A DNA stretch of 63,110 bases, counting the filler, from Octopus bimaculoides (taxonomy: Eukaryota), in NCBI RefSeq assembly GCF_001194135.2. It is 4 parts of 4 records of this genome, joined end to end, with 100 filler letters (N's around TTAATTAATTAA, not from the genome) between each part and the next. Parts side by side here need not be neighbours in the genome. Positions count along the whole stretch, not along the records: positions 47,436 to 63,110 come from NC_068997.1; 3 more parts are not named here. The stretch is one strand, 5' to 3'. The translations under genes and the position numbers were made by a program. Under the pieces are notes generated by a model. It worked only from the letters and a program-made list of their open reading frames with translations. It made no database searches and was not told the origin of the DNA. Shown here one piece after another: positions 52,485 to 63,110 of this stretch (within the stretch, counting starts at the first letter, position 1; the number at the start of each line of letters is the position of its first letter).

Positions 52485-53009
52485 CAGTATTACCTCACTT
52501 TAAGAGGCCCCGGGTTCACGAGTTTATTTTTCAAGTACAAGATCCAAATTTTGAATGAAGTGCAAAAGTTTCTACTTCTATAACAAATGCTTCTGCATGC
52601 TACCGAGAAATTTATAGAAAGCGAAAAAAGGCTTCTTCTAAGCAAACAGCTCTAGATTTGTTCTCTAAAAAGAAATCTACAAGTTAGTCTACGAGTGCTT
52701 GTGAATCGGCGATTGCGTCTACAAGTGATGGTGCGATTGCCTAGTGCGAGTGAAAGTGATCCAGAAAACGATCATAATAATATTTTTTATTATAAATGAT
52801 TTTGACATTTTTTTTTACTTTACATAAAATATTCTTTACATTCTACTGTTGTTTTATTGGAATTTATTTACGAGTATTATAAATTTTACAGGTAAAATAT
52901 TTTTCTGGGAACGAATTACGATTTATAACTTTGCTACTGTGGGAAAATATTGTTCTGCTTCACGAGCGGTCTCCGAGAACAAATTAACTCGTATATCGAG
53001 GTATTAATG
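52485..53009 (+). mobile_element. Non-autonomous pogo/Tigger-type element
   Basis: ta|cagtattacctcac ... cgaggtattaatg|ta (imperfect TIRs, TA flanks). The internal QDPNFE*SAKV....NASACYREIYRKRKK..KQTALDLF matches a Tigger transposase C-terminus. Confidence 0.7.
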
Positions 53010-53023
53010 TACATATGTAGCTC

Positions 53024-53385
53024 CCCGAATGGTGCACCACAAGGATCTGTCTTGTCACTTGTTCCTTTTAACCTGTAGCTACATATATGTATTTACTCGG
53101 ATGATGTACCACAACGATCCGTTCTGTCACCCGTTCTTTTTAACCTGTACCTACACGTATGTAATTACTCGAGTTGTGTACCGCAAGAATCCATCCTATC
53201 ACTCTTCTTTTTAACCTGTATCTACACGTATGCTATTTCTTGAATGGTGTACAAGAATTCGTCTTGTCACCTGTTCTTTTTAACCTGTATTGACATGACA
53301 TAACCAGAATATGTAATAACCCGAATGGTGTACCACGGTGATTCGTACTATCTCCCATTCTTTTAAATCTGCATATACATGTCAT
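53024..53385 (+). repeat. 72-bp minisatellite (about 5 diverged units) containing a LINE RT motif
   Basis: Unit ccgaatggtgtaccacaaggatctgtcttgtcacctgttctttttaacctgtatctacacgtatgtaattact; units 1 and 2 are exactly 72 bp apart. Confidence 0.85.
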
Positions 53386-53593
53386 TTCTAAAATTTTTAA
53401 AACAAACAAAATATCATACACATGTGACGCCACAGACAGTCTGTCAGAACCACTAGAACCCTACATTAAACCACTTACAAACTTTGCTCAAAACAAATAG
53501 ATTAAAAATAGTACTTATCAATCCAATCGTCTCGATATGCATTACCAGCATAAGAGACCATAAAATGCTACCGACCATTACACGCATTAACAC

Positions 53594-53632
<39 letters not shown>

Positions 53633-56600
53633 GACAAAAATAGAAAAAGCAACATCCATTGTACTTGTTGAATGAATAATAAAGAAAGCCGAGCCACGTA
53701 ACACTTAGATCAGTCACAAGCACCACACGTGGCCAATACAACAACAATAACAATAACGACAGCATGTTTTAATAAACATTATATTGGATCCGTCGTGAAT
53801 TATTCCAGAATAGAGAAAGACAATCCGACACTTTAATCAAAGACATTTTTATGTATGGTCCTGCTTTCAATATATCACCCATTAATTTCATGTCATCAGC
53901 CCATTCGAGTTACTTTCCTTGGCACATTTTTATTTGTAACCATTCAAATTATTCAGGACTAAAATAATTGTAAGTCTTTTTATACAGAGAAAAGCTTGTC
54001 AACTTATTAGGCTTGGCTGGATTAATATTACACTAATAAGGTCTGAAAGACCGAAACATATGTCCATAACTAACGTCGTCTGTAAAAGGAGACAAACGGT
54101 TCTTTTCCCTCTAAACATGTAAATTAACGAGAAAAACTAAACAATAGTTTTTTTTTGTTTTTTTTTGCTTTGTTTTGTTTTTTTAAACTTTCACATCTTT
54201 TTCTTTTACCTCAATATCATGCAAATAACGACAGGAAAATGCTAAGAAGGAAAGAGCGGCTGTACATGGGATAAATACCGTCGGTTGCCACAAGCGCCAG
54301 ACCTCACGGTCCCTGTCATTTACCTTTCATCACCCCCCCCCCATACGCATCAACGACACACACACGCACGCACGCCCTCCACACACACACACACACCACC
54401 ACCACCATCACCACCACTACCACCTTACCACTAGACCACTACTATTACTACTACTACTACTACCTTTATATCTACTGTTTTAGAAAAAAGGGATACTTTC
54501 AAGGTAGCAGACTTAGATGTACAGAAAGTAAGATGCGATGGTTGCGGTTGGATTCCCTTTAATCACAATGCTGCGCTATTAGAGCCGACGTGGAACTAAA
54601 CAACAACAGCAACATCAATAACAACAACGACACTAGTTATCTCAATTTCGTATATATATATAACTGAGTGGTGGCGGTGGTGGTAGTAGTAGTAGTAGTG
54701 GTAGTGGTAATGGTGGGGTGACGGTGGTGGTTGTTGTTATAGTTAAGCTTGTTGTTATTGCTGTGGTCTGCGGTTGTTATTGTGGTTGCTATTGGTGTGG
54801 TTTTGCGCTGCTATTTTTGTTGTTGGTAGGGTTGTTGTTGATGCTACTATTGTTGTTGTTGTTGTTGTTAGTAATAGTTTTAAGGCAGCGAATGGTCAGG
54901 GTCATAGGAATCATTCGTTCTGGCTTTCTGAGATCGAATCCTGCGAATGCCAACTAAACCTTTAATTTTTTTTCTCAATTTAATATTTCTATTCATTTTT
55001 TTTTTTTTTTGGCGAGGCGGTGGGGAAGGGATCATAAAATAAGATACCACNNNNNNNNNNNNNNNNNNNNNNNNNNNNNNNNNNNNNNNNNNNNNNNNNN
55101 NNNNNNNNNNNNNNNNNNNNNNNNNNNNNNNNNNNNNNNNNNNNNNNNNNNNNNNNNNNNNNNNNNNNNNNNNNNNNNNNNNNNNNNNNNNNNNNNNNNN
55201 NNNNNNNNNNNNNNNNNNNNNNNNNNNNNNNNNNNNNNNNNNNNNNNNNNNNNNNNNNNNNNNNNNNNNNNNNNNNNNNNNNNNNNNNNNNNNNNNNNNN
55301 NNNNNNNNNNNNNNNNNNNNNNNNNNNNNNNNNNNNNNNNNNNNNNNNNNNNNNNNNNNNNNNNNNNNNNNNNNNNNNNNNNNNNNNNNNNNNNNNNNNN
55401 NNNNNNNNNNNNNNNNNNNNNNNNNNNNNNNNNNNNNNNNNNNNNNNNNNNNNNNNNNNNNNNNNNNGGCGGTGGTGGTGGTGGCGGCGGTGGTGGTGGT
55501 GGTGGTGGAAAAGGTGGTAGCGATTGTGGGGGTGTTGGTGTTGCCACTGCTCCAATTTCACTATCCTAACTACATTCACCAATACCTTCACACTACTCTG
55601 TTAACCACCCCCTGCTGTCACCACCGCCCTTACCATACCACAAACTACTATCACTACCATGAACATCATCACCACCACCACCACCCCCACCACCATCATC
55701 ATCATCATTCGTTACCACTACCATCATCACCGACATCACTCCGACTATCACGTCTCCTCCCATTTCCACCATCGNNNNNNNNNNNNNNNNNNNNNNNNNN
55801 NNNNNNNNNNNNNNNNNNNNNNNNNNNNNNNNNNNNNNNNNNNNNNNNNNNNNNNNNNNNNNNNNNNNNNNNNNNNNNNNNNNNNNNNNNNNNNNNNNNN
55901 NNNNNNNNNNNNNNNNNNNNNNNNNNNNNNNNNNNNNNNNNNNNNNNNNNNNNNNNNNNNNNNNNNNNNNNNNNNNNNNNNNNNNNNNNNNNNNNNNNNN
56001 NNNNNNNNNNNNNNNNNNNNNNNNNNNNNNNNNNNNNNNNNNNNNNNNNNNNNNNNNNNNNNNNNNNNNNNNNNNNNNNNNNNNNNNNNNNNNNNNNNNN
56101 NNNNNNNNNNNNNNNNNNNNNNNNNNNNNNNNNNNNNNNNNNNNNNNNNNNNNNNNNNNNNNNNNNNNNNNNNNNNNNNNNNNNNNNNNNNNNNNNNNNN
56201 NNNNNNNNNNNNNNNNNNNNNNNNNNNNNNNNNNNNNNNNNNNNNNNNNNNNNNNNNNNTATATATATATGAGCTTGTGTGTGTGTGTGTGTGTGTGTGT
56301 GTTTGTGTTTGTGCAGATTGTAAAATACTCAATACGTTTTGTGAAGTGAATATATTATGTGTTTAGATTTAATTTTATTTAGTGCATTATATATTCATAT
56401 TTTCCATGTGAATGCAGTGTGGCCGAATGGTCAACGGTTCGAACCCACTGCGTGACATCTTCGACAAACATCATTTTCCATTACCTCAGACACATGGAAA
56501 CTATATAGAAACTCGTTGAGTGATATGTAATTCGAAAGATAGAGTCTTCTCACACAGTGTGTTATGATGATTGCACCTGTGAATTACTTTAAGGATATAC

Positions 56601-56786
56601 ATGTCGGTGGAATACTCAGCCACTTACACGCTTATCCAATTTGCAGGTAATTTCGGGCGATCGAATAACTACTTCTCAGCGTCGAAGCCGACGGATATTC
56701 ATTGCTGTTGTAGCGAGAACCCGATGGTGAGGTGGAACTTTCCTGTTAAATCGTTTGGTCGAACTTTCTAGAAACTCTGTTGGGGT

Positions 56787-56865
56787 TATAAAAAGCTGGT
56801 AAATTGAACCCCAGGCAGAGTCATCCAGAAGTCTACACGAAGCTTTGTCGCTCTACTACGTGAGT
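56787..56865 (+). promoter_or_regulatory. Candidate TATA box, short exon and splice donor (possible 5' exon of the GCNT-like gene)
   Basis: tataaaaa at 56787, and a strong donor tac|gtgagt at 56860 about 70 bp downstream. Motif evidence only. Confidence 0.25.
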
Positions 56866-57429
56866 TGCTTTCTCACTCTTTTCTACGTTTCCTCACAGAA
56901 CGAACTCTGGCGTTACACAGAATTAGGTCACTCAATTCCATAACACATGTTATCACCTTTCAACGTGTTTTTTGGGAAATGGCAGGAGATTCACCTCGAA
57001 ATTATGTCAGTCAGCTTTGGGATAAGGCGTTTTAATTCTTCCTATTTAATTTGTTCTAAACAATTATAAACGGTCTTCGCGTTACTATTTAGCATATTAT
57101 GCAGTGAAAAGTTGTACTTATCCCATTAGATAGCTCTTGAATACTATTCTATTTACTCTGCTGTTTATATGCAAATGCGAACACAAGTTAATAAAGATGC
57201 ATGAGAACTAATACCAATATTAGTATGATCGTAACGAACGTAACGCGCAGGCCACCAGACATTGTCATTCATCATAACTATTTGACGATCCAAATCCTAC
57301 CATGACAAACTATTCTGTTTATCGTAATTTGACATTTTGTTTCCGCTCCATGCTGTATCATAAATGGGGCCGGTCTGGGACACTTCCAGTAAAATACAAT
57401 TTTTTATTTAAATTCTTGAATTTTTAATT

Positions 57430-57625
57430 TCAAGAGGTTGTCACGGTCTCATTCAACCCGGCTTCATTTCATCAGAGAGGAGCATTGTCAGCGGTCCTTC
57501 ATAGCCTTGTTGGTTGGGTCAATATTTGGAGAATGATCTTATTCAGGGACTTCCCAGCGATAGCTAGAAGTACTACGTTCCTAGTATTGGAGCAGATAGG
57601 TAGTCTCCCCTGTTCTTCATAATAT
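57430..57625 (-). mobile_element. Degenerate RTE-like LINE RT fragment
   Basis: GRLPICSNTRNVVLLAIAGKSLNKIILQIL resembles GD...C.NYRGI.LL..AGK.L.KIIL.RL. Confidence 0.4.
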
Positions 57626-58140
57626 TAACACCCTTCCACTCTAAGTCACAAGTCATAACAGTGCAGTCAGATGCCATGGAGCCATGACCTGGGGTATTCA
57701 GCGTTTTATCGCAATAATGTGTTTTATGAATAGAAGGTGAGAGTGACAAAACTGATGAGTTTAAATAGGCCTATACTGAATATATAGCCGTAAACAAGGG
57801 GCTAGAAACTGGAAACCAGCAATTTTTAAGGCTTTTGATGTATCAGAATAATCCGGAACTTTCTGGAGTTCGGGAGTATCCGACGTTCTGTTGTTTTCCC
57901 CCTTATGAAGAACATTTCATTAATATTTATTATTTTTGTCCTTTACTTATTTCAGCGATTAGACTGCGGCCATGCTGGGGCACCGCCTTGAAGAATTTTA
58001 GTCAAACTAATCGATCCCAGTATTTATTTTCTTTTTAAAGACCGTTACTCATTCTATCAGTTCTTTTGCCGAACCACTAGGTTACGGGGACGTAAACACA
58101 CCAACACGAACACACACACATAAACGCACGCACACACATG

Positions 58141-58177
<37 letters not shown>

Positions 58178-58664
58178 TCGACTGGCTTCTTTTAGTTTCC
58201 GTCTACCAGATNNNNNNNNNNNNNNNNNNNNNNNNNNNNNNNNNNNNNNNNNNNNNNNNNNNNNNNNNNNNNNNNNNNNNNNNNNNNNNNNNNNNNNNNN
58301 NNNNNNNNNNNNNNNNNNNNNNNNNNNNNNNNNNNNNNNNNNNNNNNNNNNNNNNNNNNNNNNNNNNNNNNNNNNNNNNNNNNNNNNNNNNNNNNNNNNN
58401 NNNNNNNNNNNNNNNNNNNNNNNNNNNNNNNNNNNNNNNNNNNNNNNNNNNNNNNNNNNNNNNNNNNNNNNNNNNNNNNNNNNNNNNNNNNNNNNNNNNN
58501 NNNNNNNNNNNNNNNNNNNNNNNNNNNNNNNNNNNNNNNNNNNNNNNNNNNNNNCTTTTGATGTATCAGAATAATCCGGAACTTTCTGGAGTTCGGGAGT
58601 ATCCGACGTTCTGTTGTTTTCCCCCTTATGAAGAACATTTCATTAATATTTATTATTTTTGTCC

Positions 58665-58863
58665 TTTACTTATTTCAGCGATTAGACTGCGGCCATGCTG
58701 GGGCACCGCCTTGAAGAATTTTAGTCAAACTAATCGATCCCAGTATTTATTTTCTTTTTAAAGACCGTTACTCATTCTATCAGTTCTTTTGCCGAACCAC
58801 TAGGTTACGGGGACGTAAACACACCAACACGAACACACACACATAAACGCACGCACACACATG

Positions 58864-58900
<37 letters not shown>

Positions 58901-59062
58901 TCGACTGGCTTCTTTTAGTTTCCGTCTACCAGATCCATTCAAAAGGCTTTGGTAGGCCCGAGGCTATAGTAGAAGACACTTTCCCAAGGTGGCACTCAGT
59001 GGGACTGAACCCGAGGCCATGTGATTGGGAAGCAAGCTCGTTACCATACAAGCATGCCTGCA
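58665..59062 (-). mobile_element. SINE family A, full length (duplicated in part at 57945-58211)
   Basis: Tail, (CA)/(TA) tract and head are in order on the - strand. Confidence 0.85.
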
Positions 59063-59593
59063 CCTTTTGTTGACTTTTGTCCCACAGTCTGCTGTATTTT
59101 GTTTTCCTTCTGTTCCTCTAGGCCCTGAAGCATTATAGAAGAAATTATTCTCCTTCATTAATAATTGCAATAGATAAGTTTGTCTTTTTTTAAACTTAGA
59201 CACAAACCCATAAATTCATAATGGCGGCGTGTAGTATCGATCCTCTACACCTGATTCCTTCTTATTTTATTGATCTCAGAAGGACGAAAGGCAAAGATGA
59301 CCTCGAGACAAAATAACACACCATAAGACAGTTTGTCTGACTCCTTACACAGCCTGCTGCTACCGACGGCCATTTTAAATAAAGATATTGACAATATTCT
59401 TTTGATTATTTGGTTGCTTGCGTATTTACTTTTCGATTTCTTATATCAATTGCACATAACGATAATGATGATGATATGTGATTTCTGTTCGAACGGCCTC
59501 GAATTTTCTGAAGAAACAGTTGTGTGGTCGCCAATGCGATAACGCACACTGCAGACAGATCATGGATTTATCTATCATGGATTTAAACTGGTA

Positions 59594-59651
59594 GTCCACA
59601 CTGACGAGGCTCAAGGTTGAATAACCTAAAGCCGAAACCTGGTTTGCGGAT
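59594..59651 (+). ncRNA. Type I hammerhead ribozyme motif with a complete conserved core
   Basis: gtccaca CTGACGA ggct-(ca aggtt gaat aacct aa)-agcc GAAAC ctg GTT tgcggat. Helix I is 7 bp with one mismatch, helix II is present, helix III is AC/GT, and the triplet is GUU. Confidence 0.65.
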
Positions 59652-60488
59652 ACCCCTAATTGCATAATATTTTTATTTGTGCTGTTAAATGTTTTAATTC
59701 TTTCTGTTTTCCTCGCATACTGTTTTTCTCTGCTATATTGGTGCGCTACGGTGGATTATTTAAGACTTAGCTCTTATTTCTAGCAGGTAGATGCTCATTA
59801 AGCATCATTACGCTTCGTGCAAATTTATATTTCATAGCTCCTTAAAGCTATCATAACTGCGTTCCACCCATGCTACTACTGCTGATATCATCAAATTTTG
59901 AATTTATCCACAGGTGATATGNNNNNNNNNNNNNNNNNNNNNNNNNNNNNNNNNNNNNNNNNNNNNNNNNNNNNNNNNNNNNNNNNNNNNNNNNNNNNNN
60001 NNNNNNNNNNNNNNNNNNNNNNNNNNNNNNNNNNNNNNNNNNNNNNNNNNNNNNNNNNNNNNNNNNNNNNNNNNNNNNNNNNNNNNNNNNNNNNNNNNNN
60101 NNNNNNNNNNNNNNNNNNNNNNNNNNNNNNNNNNNNNNNNNNNNNNNNNNNNNNNNNNNNNNNNNNNNNNNNNNNNNNNNNNNNNNNNNNNNNNNNNNNN
60201 NNNNNNNNNNNNNNNNNNNNNNNNNNNNNNNNNNNNNNNNNNNNNNNNNNNNNNNNNNNNNNNNNNNNNNNNNNNNNNNNNNNNNNNNNNNNNNNNNNNN
60301 NNNNNNNNNNNNNNNNNNNNNNNNNNNNNNNNNNNNNNNNNNNNNNNNNNNNNNNNNNNNNNNNNNNNNNNNNNNNNNNNNNNNNNNNNNNNNNNNNNNN
60401 NNNNNNNNNNNNNNNNNNNNNNNNNNNNNNNNNNNNNNNNNNNNNNNNNNNNNNNNNNNNNNNNNNNNNNNNNNNNNNNNNNNNNNNN

Positions 60489-60531
<43 letters not shown>

Positions 60532-61391
60532 CGGACTTACATATATGCATACATATATACATGAACATATATACATATTATACATACGTACATGTATACA
60601 CATATATGTGTGTGCTTGTGTGTGTATGTGTGTGTGTACGATTGTGAATATATATGATTGTGTGTACTTGGGTTCATATTTATATAAAATAGTAAATATA
60701 CCGATCACAAAACAACGCAGCTTAATACAATATAATAATAAGCATGCATAGAATTCTCTATATATACACTTACACACACAAGCGCACACACGCATGAACA
60801 CACACATACATATTAAAAAATACATATATTCCTAGATGAACAAATATACACACACAGAGGCATGCACTTACATGCACATACTGAAAGTGAGCGAGAGAGA
60901 GGAGAGGTGGAGGGAAAGGTAATTAGACAAACAGCGGGAGAAAGGGAGAGAAATAAATATTATACTAAGTGATAATACACACGCACGGGAACAATAGCTA
61001 CGCATGTCTTATGTATTACTTGTGATCAAGTATTCTAGACTGGACCAAATGAACATTGATAACTAAGCCCGAGTGTTCACCAGAAGTTAAAACGTTTTGT
61101 AAAGCTACTTATAGTGTCACAACTAGAACTTATTAATGATCTGATGTTATGTTCATTTATTGGCGAAATATTTGAAGCACTGATAATATAATATTGTAGC
61201 TGTATTTATATATAGTCGATAATATATATTTATGTATATATTGATTAATGTTGTGTGTATATATTTAAACACGGAGATTAATTAGAGTATAGAGAAGAAA
61301 TAAGTAATGAAGAGAAAAGGAAAGAGCGCAAAAAATAAATGTATTTTTGAAGACCATTAAGTGTGTAATATTTATCTGCTGGTCTATATGC

Positions 61392-61453
<62 letters not shown>

Positions 61454-61464
61454 TTATATATATG

Positions 61465-61505
<41 letters not shown>

Positions 61506-61554
61506 ACGCGCGCACGTGTGCGTGCGTATGCCTATCCAGGGCGCTGGATTGACA

Positions 61555-61750
61555 AAGCCTTTCGACGGTCGAACAAAATGCCTTGCAATATTTGTTGTAT
61601 GTTCAAAGTTTTAATCCTGGCAAGGTCACTTTCATTGTTTATTTACTCCATCCAATCCCGGGGTCGATAAAGTATACAAACAGTCGAGTGTTGGGCTCGA
61701 TTCAATCGACTCGCCCCTTTCCATTAAAATTATTGGCCTCGTACCTAAAT
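61555..61750 (+). mobile_element. Degenerate SINE family C-like repeat
   Basis: gttcaaagttttaatcctggcaaggtcactttc...ccatccaatcccggggtcgataaagta...ctcgattcaatcgactc. Confidence 0.5.
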
Positions 61751-61885
61751 CAGAAACTATGAATATATGTGTATATATATGTATATTTATATATGGCAAT
61801 CTACATTTTCAGGTCGAAACGATCATCGTCACGGCCCAGTTCCCGTAAAAAACAGAGCGGAGGAAAACGGAAACGGAACAAAACC

Positions 61886-62981
61886 ATGAGCAGTATCAGT
61901 CGGAAATGGAAGAAGTTGTTAATAGTCCTGTTCTTTACTGGTACTTGTACCTTCACATATGCAGTCTTCAAACTGAACTCTTTTTCAAGTCACGTAATGA
62001 GGAAATACACTTCGGCAGACGACAGAGACTCTGGCGGGTCGGGTCATGCAGGCGGCACGATTCGAAAGGCGTCAGATAATCGGCCGTCTTATTGTGATCC
62101 GGAAAACCGTCTCGTAAAGACGGTAAACTGTGAAGCCATCTTTAACATGAACGAAACAGAATTAGTGCATGCATTGAATGTGATGAAGGATATGAAGCCA
62201 ACTCCGGAAGATGAAATCCTTCGACAGTTTTCAGACTGTGATAGCTTTAAAAAGAAACACAATTATATTCTAGATATTTCTCCGGAAGAACATAAGTTCC
62301 CACTTGCTTACAGCATTTTGTTTTATAAAGATTTTGTCCAAGTTGAAAAACTTTTACGTGCCATTTATCGGCCTCATAACTGGTACTGTTTGCATATCGA
62401 TGCCAAGTCACCGTTCCAACTCCACTATGCAGTCATACAATTGGTCACGTGTTTTGATAATGTATTCATCGCTTCCAAACTTGAAGAGGTCGTCTATTCA
62501 TCATTTTCTCGTCTGCAAGCCGACATCAACTGCATGATGGATCTCATATCGAGAAACGGCAGTTGGAAATATTTTATCAACCTACCTAGTCAAGTGTACC
62601 CGCTTAAAACCAACGCTGAACTCGTAGAGATTCTGAAGGTCTATAATGGAGCCAATGATATCGAAGGTATCACTGGAAAGCGGATGCTACCAGAACGATA
62701 TCAATACCGTCATGCAATTTACTTTTCACGTAAAGACGAAACTAGTTACATCAAACGGACGAACAAAAGGAAAACACCACCGCCACACAAGATCACAATC
62801 GTCAAAGGTAGCGCGTATGGCGTGTTCAGCAAGAGTTTTGTCCAGTATATTCTCTTTGACAAACGAGCTCGAGATCTTCTTCAATGGATGCAAGACATCT
62901 CCAGTCCGGATGAATACTACTGGGCCACGTTGAACCATCTCCAAATTAATAAACACCTCAACACACCTGGAGGATACAAAG
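61886..62981 (+). CDS. GCNT-like: Large coding exon of a core-2/I-branching beta-1,6-N-acetylglucosaminyltransferase (CAZy GT14), type II membrane protein; 3' part lies beyond the window
   Basis: The exon opens at the acceptor ttttcag|61813, with ATG at 61886. A signal anchor (LLIVLFFTGTCTFTYAVF) is followed by GT14 motifs: EEHKFPLAYSILFYKD, LLRAIYRPHNWYCLHIDAKS, SRLQADINCM, WKYFINL..Q.YPLKTNAELV, KGSAYGVFS..FV and SPDEYYWATLN. It ends TPGGYKG|gtaagt (phase-1 donor at 62982). Confidence 0.93.
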
Positions 62982-63110
62982 GTAAGTAAAGCTAACGAGT
63001 TTTTTTTTTATAATGCTTATATAATTAAAAGTGTGAGCAAGCATATCGTCTTTTTTGTTTTAGATGTAGTAGTGTATTTAAAAAGAAACAATATATATAT
63101 ATATATATAT

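Noticed and set aside
57827-58935. Near-identical direct duplication of about 385 bp on either side of the gap at 58212-58554
   Set aside because: Virtually identical copies abutting a gap point to unmerged contig overlap or haplotypes. The same applies to 47913-48071 around a 10-N gap.

Overview
AT-rich, microsatellite- and gap-rich animal genomic DNA. It is most likely a coleoid cephalopod such as Octopus; this is inferred from the SINE and microsatellite landscape, not confirmed. Host coding sequence is sparse. (1) Two divergent group II PLP-dependent decarboxylase (DDC/AADC-like) gene ends face each other tail-to-tail: a + strand terminal exon at 39758-39976 and two - strand exons at 46642-46743 and 43482-43736. 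(2) A large coding exon of a core-2/I-branching beta-1,6-GlcNAc transferase (GT14, GCNT-like) lies at 61886-62981 and continues beyond the window. The rest is repeats: three families of tRNA-derived SINE, an ISL2EU-type deletion derivative with intact ends, piggyBac- and Tigger-type MITEs, mariner and maT fragments, R4/Dong, CR1-like and RTE LINE fragments, and Penelope-like remnants. The most unusual items are several minimal type I hammerhead-ribozyme motifs (one with a complete core), a tRNA-head/hammerhead/Penelope-ORF chimera, and a 72-bp minisatellite whose unit encodes the GVPQGSVLSP motif of LINE reverse transcriptase. All family calls come from motif recognition by eye; no database search was run.
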